A model generated the notes under the pieces. It was not told the DNA's origin. It ran no database searches and saw only the letters and a program-made list of their open reading frames with translations. Made by a program: the position numbers and the translations under genes. Shown in pieces: positions 55,330 to 64,000 of a stretch of DNA of 64,000 bases (positions within the stretch are counted from its first letter, which is position 1; every line of letters begins with the position of its first letter). The DNA is taken from NCBI GenBank assembly GCA_002633005.1, contig NMRA01000013.1, positions 230,033 to 294,032 on the forward strand, written 5' to 3'. This stretch comes from Phoronis australis. Lineage: Eukaryota > Animalia > Phoronida.

Positions 55330-58300
55330 ACAAAGCACATACACACAAAAACGCTATGCTACAAAATTTTGAGTAGATTTTTCGGAAGTTACATTAACAC
55401 ACCTGTTTAGTTAGTGGGGAAGAACACTTGGTCAAGATGATTACATTACGTCATTTACATGATACCAAGTGGCGTTTTTATTGGTTGAAAATTTGACGTA
55501 ACTCAAAGAAGCAGTCTATAAACCTTTAGCTGTGCTCATTTATGCGCGCACCCAGCCTTCAATATGGGGGGCGCGAATTCTTGACGTTGTGGACCTTTTG
55601 CTACAAACAAAAAACAAAAAACGGGAGCACCACTGTGAAGTGCGCGTTTGCGCTTACTTAGTGGACTTTTGTCCCATTTTCTCGGACTTTTTGTTTCTCA
55701 GGGGCGGACCTTTTTGCCCCCTTCGCCAAATGGCGGGGCTCGTTCGAGTCCCCCGAGCCCCCCCTTGGGTGCGCGCATGCATTTCATCATCAATACATGT
55801 AGGTGTGGTTTTATTTCATTAGTCTAATTTGACTTTCTTTCCATTTAGGTATACCTTTGTTGGCCGTAATAATCACAGTGTCCATTAACGTAGACAACTA
55901 CGGTTCATATAGCAACGATCCCGGAAGTAATCATGATCTGTAAGTCTACTATATAGAGATTATTACGTAACTTGGTGACAGTAGGCGGTCTGCCTTTCAA
56001 AGGGTTATCTCCAATTCAATACTTTCAGCACACTGTTTTTCAGTTACAGCGAATTGGACGCAGAGCATTGTAAACCAATAATCATGATATAGTGACAGTG
56101 TAAGTTCGCGAGCGGGGTTGAGATCCGTGGAAGGAAGCTGCTTGTAATACAGATCTTGCGTTTTCGCGAGATTCTCGCGTATACGTAGATGGAATATTTG
56201 AAGTCGTTATTGTGATAGCATTTATGGAAACCACGGAAGTCGATCAATCGATACATAATTTATGCCAAAAGCGGCCAGTATTTACATTTCATACCTTGTC
56301 AAAGAAAACTTCGTTAGTCACCGAATCTGGTTTCTTAAGAACGCTATATTTTAATACTACATACTAGCTACAACCTTGTGAAGTGATTTTAGAGTGAGTT
56401 TCTAGAAAAGTTTTGTTTTATGATTTGTGCGTAACTACAAAGTGATTACGTCAGATCAAGTGCTCTCCTTGGAAGTAGTGACAATACAGAGGCCAACAGT
56501 TCGGATACATCAACAGTAACCCTTGACCTACTTCTATCAAGTTTAATACCGGTACTGACAACCTTATCGCCAAAACTTTTCATGCTATTGTTTGTGATTT
56601 TTTCCAGGTGTTGGTTGAAAGACTTGGCATTTTACGGCGCCTTCCTCGCCCCAGTCGGCTTCATACTAATAATTAATTTCATCGCATTCGGCTTGGTCAT
56701 ACGACAATTAATGAAGTTGTCGAATGGGCGTGCACCTGGCCAGGCCGATCCTGGAGTCGCTGCCAGGCTAAGAGGCGCAATAAGTGTCATGGTGTTACTT
56801 GGTTAGTTGAAACATTCAATGCTTATTTAGTCAATTCTGTAGTGTAAATTGTATTGCGTTGAACACTGTTCTGTAAACAATTTCAATTTTGGTAGCGAAT
56901 GGAAAAGACTACTAGACGCGTTGAACCCTCACTTGACAAAATTTGAAGTATTCCTCTCGTTTCAGGCTTAACTTGGGTGTTTGCGCTTTTCGCCGTCGGT
57001 GACGCCGCTGTCGTTTTCAGCTACCTGTTTGCCATTTTCAATTCTCTCCAGGGATTCGCCTTGTTCGTCTTTTACTGTCTATTTAAAACTGACGTACAAC
57101 ACACGTGGATGAGGGCTTGCCCTTGCTGCCCGGACCCTGCATTAAGTCGATCCTCAAGTAAAGGTGAGTTGACGGGTTATTTGGTAATAGTCTCTCGGCT
57201 ACGCAAATATTTCGCTTTTGGATCCATTACTGGTGTCTTCTCTAATGAACACATTAGGCGGCCGTCCTCAGCAATCATTTTCACATTAAGAAATGGTATA
57301 CTTATTAAAGAAAAAATCATGTATCGCGCCTGTCAGTTACATGTGCACAAACGTAACATGTATATGCATAAGAAACCTCGACTTCTGTTTGCAGAAATGT
57401 TTAGGTATCAGTAGCTGTACAGTATCTGACATGAGTGATTGTTTGGTATAACATAATAATGTTCTCAGCGACGTGAATTAGTGAAGTCTGTAAACGTTAA
57501 ATAGGTGAAGCAGGTAATAAACACAGACTTGTGTACTTGTAGCGAAAGCGTCATAGATAATAGATATGTCTGAAACCAATACATGAGCACGTTAAAACCC
57601 CATCATCATTCCAGACAAGAAATGATGTCGTGGTGAAGTAATATACTGTCGTTTATTTAAAGAGAAACATATTTTATTCGCATGTAATGTAGATTTTGGT
57701 TGGTTTTAATGCTGCCAGAGCCGGGTGACCAAACCAGTGCAGGTAATTTCATTGGTTGTTTTTGTCAGGTGATTTAGCATGGGAGAAGTGATTGGTTATT
57801 GGCAGTCTCTTGCTTAGTTTGCAAATGGGGCATGCATTAATTGGTAAATGAAAACCAAAAAACGTCTTTCCGGACATTACATTGTTTAAAGAGGCCTGGA
57901 ACGCAACAAACAAACTAAATTGCAACTATATCGAAAGTGGTTCTCTGCCACTGAAACAATTCACCCTGCTCACCAGGTATTTTTGGGGTTTCTTCGTAAA
58001 CACTTTTAATTTCTGTTGATATGAAAGCATCTTTCTTTTAGTTTCAAATTTCAAAAAACGATCCGCCACTTCCTCGATTTTTCTCCCACAAGCCAGGCAA
58101 AGCACGTCTCCTTATTTTGGTATGTCAAGACATAGACATAGCTCGTTCCCCTAAAAAGGAAAATGTGACCTTTGACCGCAAGCGACTTCAAGCAAGTGGC
58201 TGTGAGCGCATGCGCGCATTTATCATAAGTGGGAGAGTGGTAACCATAGAGTTTTTCCTTCGTGCGTATTTCAAAAATCCTGAATTTTGCATTTTTTCTG

Positions 58301-61300
58301 GACATTTCCTCACGGGGAAAGTGACTTACTAGACGGCGTTGCTAGTTGGTACTTTCGTCAGGAATTGTTTAAAAGATATTTTTGACGAGCTTTCGCTTTC
58401 CATGCCTCTTAAATGATATTAGTTCAGAACGTACCTGTAGGATGATTCGCTTCATTTCGAAAATATTTAATATTTTAGTTTTAGGAGTCTGGTGCTGCAC
58501 CAACAAAATGGCCACCACACTTGAGTGGCTGTGAACTTTGCTTTTTATGAATATGTGAAAAAAGATAACGGGCGCATAGCTTGTAACTTGAGAAGCGTCC
58601 TTATCTGATTAACAACTGTCGATTTAACAAAGAGCATCCAAAGTTCTTTCGGAAATTTATTTGCATGAGTTTCACATAGATCAGCCTCATCTTAGAATTT
58701 CCGAGTGCGTCTGGGACACGATTCGCGTGTGCGAGCTTAATCATTTACGTTTGACCATTTTAAGTGACTTTGTTATATCAATCTGTTCTTGGTTTGAAGT
58801 AGAACGTTTAGTTTAATTTTAAAATCTCGTGTATTTTTGCCGGAGGCTTATATCCTTTGCGCGAAACACCTATCTGCGTTAATTTGCCTTGTGCTTTTTA
58901 CTAACATCGTCGATGAAACAGCATTATTCCTAATCCAGTTTGTTTCGTATTCGCATGATTTAAGTTAATGACTTCTGCGTACACACAGGTAAACTGGGTC
59001 TAACTAATACGTGTAGTTCGGGGATAATTAGCAACAGGTAATCAGCTGTCTTGGACTGTACAAACATCAGGCACCTATTTTTTTTGTTAATTCGTGATGT
59101 TGTGAATTTTTATTTTGTGAAAAAGTCTCTATTTTGAGTTTTTATTTGATTGCCGGATTATGCTTCGTAATTTGTTGCATGATAAAAATGAAAGCATGCA
59201 AATAAGAAGGAAGGCAAATAAACGTTTGGCATTTGTACCGTTAGAATGCGTTGCTTATTTTTGCAAAGAATTGGCAAGTCATTAGTATTTCGTTGTCCAT
59301 TGCATGAATGTTCCTCTGTCAGAATGTTCGTGTTCTACCTCAGGGTGTTTAATATGTTTAGGAAACTATGCTAAATTAGCGCGGCTGAAGGCATCGTCAG
59401 GTGGCGACACATCAGAAGGTATTGAAAACTATCCATCCCTGCTTTGAAGCCCGAGATTTTGTAGTGAGAATTGAAAATTCAAATCATTTGTTTTCGTTGT
59501 GTGGCGCTTTGAACTTGTTTTTGTTCCCTTGTCAAAAAGCGGGGACCCGAGATCTTAACCACATGGGTCCACCCATAGACATTCTAGGCCTGGTGTTGCT
59601 AACGATTACACTATTACTGCCGTTCAGATTCGTAGCCTACCTGGACAAGTTACGTACCCGTACAAGTAAATCTGCGTCTGCCAAATCGTCAGTTTAGGAC
59701 GCAGTGTTTAGTCTTTCCTCTTGTTGGTTTCGCAGCAATTCAACACTTCCTTGCTAAATTCCTAGAAATTCTATGCACGTTGGAATAGCCAGGCAGACAG
59801 AAATAATCTCAAACCCCCATGAAGTGTACAAACAAACCAAAATAGCTGCTTTCCAATCTTTTGCATGTCTCTTCTGGGTAGATGAAATATAATTTTATGT
59901 GTATTTTGATACTATTTACATTATATTCTCTTTTATTGTGTGTAGTTTTGTGTTATTGTTTGTACACCGTTGTTGTGTTTATGTTTGTGTACTAAACTGT
60001 GTTGTCAACATTGACATAGAGGTGACTTGGTGAAAATGAGATTTACTAAAAGGAGTTTTTAATTTTAATTTACTTCAATAGGTTACGACGTTATAAAGTA
60101 TTTGCAGTTATTTAGAAACTATTATCCAGTAGCTTCAGTGTACTCAAGTATTTTCTTGTTGTTGCAATTGTTGGGCATAGAAAAGATGTGCTGGAATTCC
60201 TTGCTAATTCATTGTTCACCATTAAATTCACGCGTGACACAAAGCCGGTACATAATTATTAATTTTTCGGAGATCAATATCCATTATAACTGTTCAACAA
60301 TCTTTACCGTGATAGAGCGTCACTTAGTCTCACCAACGAAACGCCATAAATTTATGAATTATGAACTTCTAAATTAACTGATTTATTTGAAATAATGGTT
60401 TTGAACTTGAAGGGCTTTCGTGGATCGTGCTGCGCTTCGACGCGTGCTCAACCCTTGGCAAGACGTTCACATGAAACTCAAGAGTTTCGACCAAAATCAT
60501 TTTGCTTGAAGCTACATACATGTAGGATGGTTTGTTTACACGACACTTGTTCCTTCAGGTACAACGTCTACAGAGCAGAGTCTCCAAAAGAACAAACGAA
60601 AGGATACGGCCGTCGAAGTGCAACTGTCCAGCCCATTGGCTAAGACTGGTAAGTACGAGGTCGTTCTCCTGCAGAAACTGCAGAAACCCTATCTTTACCG
60701 TTTAGGGTGGAAGCTGTATCCGTAATTTACGCTTTCATAGTGTTTTGCATCCCTAACAGTATGCAGCAGTAAAAACCATCTCTACCCTCTCCCCCAAAAG
60801 TCACGAACCCAACAAAGAAACGCATCCATTTACTCCCCGGGTAAAAGTCCTTCAGAACTCATACAAGCATAGGGCCTTCGTATAGGGCCGTAATGATTAT
60901 GCACGTGCCTGAACTCAAATGCATGTACCCCCCTACTAAGAAAAGTAAGAAAGACAAAACATAATGGAAACTTTATTCAATTTAACTTCAAATCAGTCAC
61001 AATTTTAAAAAGTTTATTCATAGCGATTGGATGCCCGGGGCCGTCGCCCTCCCCCCTTCTGCACGCTACTTCGTGTAAGTGATAGACACTTAGATTTACA
61101 ATAATAGCGATCATGCATGGAAACCGCAAGGGAACTGAAAAAATGTAAAAATTCATGAGACAGGTAAAAATGTTCGTAATATGAATTGAAGCTTCTCGTT
61201 TTGCGAGTCATATCACGAGTTCACGCATTCAATTATCCAAAATGCAAAAATACTACATCTCTTTTTATTTGTATGCAATTTTTGGAAAAGAAAAACTATA

Positions 61301-61431
61301 CATACTGTAGAAATACGTGGAAACCGCATGTCTTATGGTACATGTAACTAAGCAGATTCAACACCAAAACTGAAGTAAAGTTTTCCATTGTCTTTTCAGA
61401 GGACATTTCGCCGCTGTTTACCCGTCATTAA
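31465..61431 (+). CDS. Spliced adhesion GPCR gene (SP-LRRNT-LRRs-LRRCT-Ly6/uPAR-HRM-GAIN/GPS-7TM), about 1000 aa; 3' end tentative
   Basis: 21 exons with canonical AG/GT borders join in frame without stops (2872 nt to 57163). GPS motif [23 protein letters not shown] and a secretin-like 7TM. Tentative last exons 60559-60648 and 61400-61431 give 997 aa. Confidence 0.93.
32414..33499 (+). mobile_element. Non-autonomous Helentron-type element (HINE/DINE-1-like)
   Basis: 5' T-run plus subTIR ATGCGCCCAC with nearby inverted copy, (GTCC)n tract, internal tandem units with CTAGTGGCAATTTTAG, 3' subTIR GTGGGCGCAT, hairpin CAACGC-TCT-GCGTTG, ends CTTGTT. Confidence 0.8.
34080..35300 (+). repeat. Older degenerate copies of the same HINE internal repeat (also about 32000-32410 and 12860-13300)
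   Basis: Recurrent GGACGG(A/G)TC..ACTAC..CTAGTGG..ATTTT..TGTATCT..GATTTTCATGAAATT units. Confidence 0.6.
35456..35527 (+). CDS. aGPCR exon 2: LRR (72 nt)
   Basis: TTCAG|..|GTGAGT; [25 protein letters not shown]; phase 2-2. Confidence 0.92.
35912..35983 (+). CDS. aGPCR exon 3: LRR (72 nt)
   Basis: TTTCAG|..|GTACGC; [23 protein letters not shown]; phase 2-2. Confidence 0.9.
37131..37211 (+). CDS. aGPCR exon 4: extended LRR (81 nt)
   Basis: TTTTCAG|..|GTAAGT; [27 protein letters not shown]; phase 2-2. Confidence 0.88.
37987..38058 (+). CDS. aGPCR exon 5: LRR (72 nt)
   Basis: TTGCAG|..|GTAAGA; [24 protein letters not shown]; phase 2-2. Confidence 0.9.
38640..38752. repeat. 18-bp minisatellite x6 (GTAGCCACCGTTAGCCAT)
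   Basis: Six contiguous units, one substitution in the last, no spacers. Confidence 0.95.
39147..39319 (+). CDS. aGPCR exon 6: LRRCT cap
   Basis: TTTAG|..|GTATTA; [21 protein letters not shown] matches the LRRCT CxC..W..C..C pattern; phase 2-1. Confidence 0.9.
40271..40350 (+). CDS. aGPCR exon 7: Ly6/uPAR three-finger domain, N-terminal part
   Basis: TTTTCAG|..|GTATCA; [27 protein letters not shown]; phase 1-0. Confidence 0.87.
40671..40905 (+). CDS. aGPCR exon 8: Ly6/uPAR three-finger domain, C-terminal part
   Basis: GACAG|..|GTTAGT; [66 protein letters not shown] with the CCxxxxCN signature; phase 0-1. Confidence 0.88.
41394..41568 (+). CDS. aGPCR exon 9: hormone-receptor motif (HRM), first part
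   Basis: TTACAG|..|GTAATT; [21 protein letters not shown](C); phase 1-2. Confidence 0.9.
42831..43268. mobile_element. TTAA-flanked MITE (Kolobok-like) with about 70-bp TIRs
   Basis: TTAA|GGTTATCTCGGACCTTAATAAACGA..TCGTTTATCAAGGTCCTAGAAAACC|TTAA. Confidence 0.8.
43718..43803 (+). CDS. aGPCR exon 10: end of HRM
   Basis: TTGCAG|..|GTAAGT; (C)[28 protein letters not shown]; phase 2-1. Confidence 0.88.
44400..45110 (+). mobile_element. 3' relic of an RNase H-bearing LINE (I-group-like)
   Basis: [28 protein letters not shown] (RNase H motifs SDS..WVxxH..GNExAD), followed by CSCC..ETPQHL zinc-knuckle remnant. Confidence 0.8.
45399..45609 (+). CDS. aGPCR exon 11: GAIN subdomain A
   Basis: TTTTCAG|..|GTGAGT; [31 protein letters not shown]; phase 1-2. 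Confidence 0.92.
45874..46021 (+). CDS. aGPCR exon 12: GAIN
   Basis: TTTTAAG|..|GTAAGA; [19 protein letters not shown]; phase 2-0. Confidence 0.88.
46443..46538 (+). CDS. aGPCR exon 13: GAIN
   Basis: TTTTCAG|..|GTACAT; [23 protein letters not shown]; phase 0-0. Confidence 0.88.
47048..47182 (+). CDS. aGPCR exon 14: GAIN
   Basis: TTTTAG|..|GTAAGT; [24 protein letters not shown]; phase 0-0. Confidence 0.92.
47724..47858 (+). CDS. aGPCR exon 15: GPS motif and start of Stachel
   Basis: TTCCAG|..|GTAAGT; [35 protein letters not shown]; phase 0-0. Confidence 0.96.
48256..48383 (+). CDS. aGPCR exon 16: TM1
   Basis: TTACAG|..|GTAATT; [26 protein letters not shown]; phase 0-2. Confidence 0.95.
48889..49006 (+). 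CDS. aGPCR exon 17: ICL1-TM2
   Basis: TTTAG|..|GTAAGT; [28 protein letters not shown]; phase 2-0. Confidence 0.95.
51230..51268. repeat. Perfect 19-bp inverted repeat with 1-nt spacer
   Basis: GACCTGTGAACAGGTGTTT-A-AAACACCTGTTCACAGGTC. Confidence 0.95.
52119..52444. repeat. Imperfect tandem duplication with GAT/GAC triplets
   Basis: CTTGGCGAAATTAA..GATGACGAAGATGAC..GAAATAGGCTAC occurs twice. Confidence 0.75.
54056..54200 (+). CDS. aGPCR exon 18: TM3 to start of TM4
   Basis: TTTTCAG|..|GTAAGT; [34 protein letters not shown]; phase 0-1. Confidence 0.96.
55250..55347. repeat. Compound (CA)n/(GCAC)n microsatellite
   Basis: Directly visible. Confidence 0.95.
55542..55778. mobile_element. MITE family A copy
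   Basis: Perfect TIR ATGCGCGCACCCA..TGGGTGCGCGCAT. Confidence 0.8.
55849..55939 (+). CDS. aGPCR exon 19: TM4-ECL2
   Basis: TTTAG|..|GTAAGT; [31 protein letters not shown]; phase 1-2. Confidence 0.93.
56608..56801 (+). CDS. aGPCR exon 20: ECL2 CW, TM5, ICL3, TM6
   Basis: TTCCAG|..|GTTAGT; [36 protein letters not shown]; phase 2-1. Confidence 0.95.
56966..57163 (+). CDS. aGPCR exon 21: TM6-TM7, helix 8, Cys cluster
   Basis: TTTCAG|..|GTGAGT; [35 protein letters not shown]; phase 1-1. Confidence 0.95.
57890..58408. mobile_element. TTAA-flanked MITE
   Basis: TTAA(A)GAGGCCTGGAA..TTCCATGCCTC|TTAA inverted termini. Confidence 0.6.
60559..60648 (+). CDS. Probable aGPCR cytoplasmic-tail exon
   Basis: TTCCTTCAG|..|GTAAGT, 90 nt, phase 1-1, open: [30 protein letters not shown]. 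No homology check was possible. Confidence 0.65.
61400..61431 (+). CDS. Candidate terminal coding exon ([10 protein letters not shown])
   Basis: Strong acceptor TTTTCCATTGTCTTTTCAG, phase-compatible with the 60648 donor; short and unverified. Confidence 0.4.
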
Positions 61432-61466
61432 TGTTGGAATTTTAACCGAAGCGCTTTGAGTTTTAA

Positions 61467-63129
61467 AGGATAATGCCATCCGATTTAATTAGTCTTTTTA
61501 CAGTCTTAATCGGTCTATATCCACATCGCCTCTTATATGATCGACCTCACCTTGCCGAGAGGTGTCGCGCTAATCTGTGAAGAAAGTGAGAAACCACGCA
61601 GCGACGTCAGTGGTTCATTTGCAGAGTAAATGCCACTATCTTGCGGTGCATCGTTCCCGCTTGTGAGAACTATGAAGCTGCGAAGAAAGCGTATATATCG
61701 TTTTTTCGACTTCCTCGAGAGCCCGAAATGCTTAGGAAGTGGCTCGAGGTAGTGAAGAATGGAAAGTACTCTGTTAAAAGCAAATGTGAGGCCGTGAAAC
61801 ATCTCCGGTGTCTGTGGCCGGCATTTCGTCGACGGTGACTTCTCTGACGAATTCCGGCTTACCAAAGAACTATCCCTACGTTCCGTTGCCTGTGCATGTT
61901 CACGACGCATCTCTAGTATTTCTTGATCAGTGTATTCCGGTTCAAACTGATAGCCTGTGAAACCTAACGATCCGACCCGTGAAGTCTTCGTCGAATGAGC
62001 TCTCGACTAAGTCGAGATTGGCGCCGGGTGAGTTGCCATGTCGACGTTTCATTTTCTGCGTTCTGTTTCAAAATGAATTATTCTCACCCTAACCAATGCT
62101 TATATAAAACTGAAACAAAGTCTGTCTCGTTAGATATAATTTGTAATGCCTTTGGAGTATTCGTGAATGCAAATGTTTTGAGAAGCCAGCAATGAATAAA
62201 CCACTGCTTTACCGGCTTTAGATGCAATAAAGGTAATTGACCGGGCAGCGAGGACGTGTGAGTGCAGTGTTTGCTGGCAGCAAGCTGTTGTGAAACAATA
62301 ACTCGATTTTATATGCTATGGTCACATGTTAGGGGACTCTTTATTTAGATATACAAATACATCATTCAAATCAATGTTACTGTACAACTTTTGCTCTGAC
62401 GGTTCTGTGGAAGGGGAACCTGACTTCGCGGCCCCCGACTAGTAAGTGGATTTTCAGTTTCGTGGCTAATTCACCTAAATAATTACGTGCACATTATTTC
62501 TTTGGCCCACTATTATAGTCTTTTCGTAACTGGAGGTTCAGTTTCCAACTTAAGCTGGTTTATGTTCGTGATGTTCAGTCCGGGCCGCCACGACGGGCCT
62601 GATCGGGTTCCGAGCCACTGGCGGGGAGTAACAAGAAGCGTTTTGTGTGTTTAGAACTGACAAAATCGCAAGTCTAAAAGTACAACACACAGCTATGTTC
62701 CCCCGTCTGTATTGCACGGAAGAGTGATTCGAATTTATCACCAAACAGTCCCAAACTCTCGCGATCGGTCATGGTAAATTGGCCTACCGAACTCTGTAAG
62801 CTACGGTACGTTCAAATACCTATAAATCCGTAACAGTGAAAAAAACAACACGTTTGTTCAGGAACTCGGTGTCGTTTTATTAAGGGGTTTACATCGAATT
62901 TTGATGATTTAGTGGTGTAGAACTATGAATTTAAGCGATAAGTTGAAACCAGTAAGCGTGTTGTGAACGGTTGAACAGACTGCGTTCGAACCGATTACGT
63001 CATTGGTTAATTTCAATACCTCCATCTGCCGTTAGGTGTCAAGTAAAACAACTGAACTTGCTGTTATCGAGTGGAACTATTCGATCTAAATTGATACAAA
63101 ATAGGTAGTTTCTGGGGTGGCATTCTCCT
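61467..63129 (+). mobile_element. Non-autonomous Kolobok-like DNA transposon with a THAP relic
   Basis: TTAA|AGGATAATGCCATC..GGTGGCATTCTCCT|TTAA (12/14 TIR match); THAP fragment inside. Confidence 0.75.
61644..61885 (+). pseudogene. Frameshifted THAP zinc-finger domain
   Basis: RCIVPACEN..SFFRLPREPEMLRKWLEVV, frameshift, VCGRHFVDGDF, frameshift, TIPT: the C2CH THAP consensus. Confidence 0.8.
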
Positions 63130-64000
63130 TTAAAAGCGTCACCATTCTCACCCGGTCTTGAATTATTGTCAAATGTGTCGGCAACTCAGCTCGAAGGCGA
63201 TATGTACATGTGCGCGCTATTTGCGATCTGCCAAAGAACATGACCACGACACTTCGAGAGTGCGCTCAAAAATAGTTCGGCAAGGAAACTTTTAAATCGA
63301 TATTAAAATGGTTTGAAACTTTTGTTAGAGAGGGAATGGGCCACAAACACATGTCGTTTAGGTGAATACAATGAAGACCTTACCTTGTCTAACGTGGAGT
63401 TAAATAGAATTTTTGTTTTAAGTAAACATTAACCCAAAAGCATTTCAGTTTCTGAAACAGAAAATTACAGTTCCATTAGTCACGGTTCATTGCTACTCGG
63501 ACAAACTTTTCAAGTATCTCTCTGCTTTCTGAATTTACCAATTGCTCTTCCTAAATGTCAAGTTGGCGTAGACGAGTGACGAATCACTGCGACAGTTATT
63601 CCGGCCTCACAAAAATTCCTAAAAAATCTCGGTTCCTGGATAAATTTACGAGTAAGGGAAGATGTATTAATAAAGCACAATTATCAAGACCACGAATGGT
63701 TAGGCTACTTTGTGGAAACATCGCACATGTCTTGATATGGAAATTTGTTGTGAACAGATGATACACTGGATTGAGCAGAACAGTACGGTGAAGCTGGTTG
63801 TTGTTTTGTTTATCGCCTTGTCAGGTTGAGTGTATCAAAAACACGAACTTGAATGGAATGAATCGATCTGCCCTATCTTGATGTTGCGGTAGCCGCAACA
63901 CACGGAGGTATTTCTCAATAGATGGCGCAGTATTCTTGTGCAGCCTCTGCTTCTTTGTTCTAAATCGACGCGAAGCCATGTAATACGATCTTTTCGCAGT

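Noticed and set aside
55067-55348. Cys-rich CVCV ORFs
   Set aside because: Translations of the (CA)n microsatellite.
1-64000. Prokaryotic operon, defence system or CRISPR interpretation; most listed short ORFs
   Set aside because: Spliceosomal intron structure, very low coding density and metazoan transposons. The short ORFs lack motifs and many begin at non-ATG codons.

Overview
Eukaryotic, AT-rich, intron- and transposon-laden genomic DNA from a draft assembly (one 228-N gap, two single-N joins). It is probably a marine invertebrate; that is inferred from repeat types and gene style, not demonstrated. The ORF track is mostly noise. The one clear gene is a multi-exon adhesion GPCR on the + strand (ATG 31465), rebuilt by hand from 21 phase-consistent GT-AG exons (2872 nt, 957 codons to 57163) plus candidate C-terminal exons to about 61431. 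Domain order: signal peptide, LRRNT, four LRR exons, LRRCT, a 12-Cys Ly6/uPAR (three-finger, LYPD6-like) domain, HRM, GAIN with intact GPS (HL|TNFALL), and an ADGRG/GPR126-like 7TM. A three-finger domain in the position where ADGRA receptors carry an Ig domain is the most unusual feature. The rest is mobile DNA: a deleted Sola3-like element, a THAP-bearing Kolobok-like element, TTAA MITEs, Helentron-type non-autonomous elements, LINE relics, and micro/minisatellites. I recognised no rRNA, tRNA or CRISPR array.
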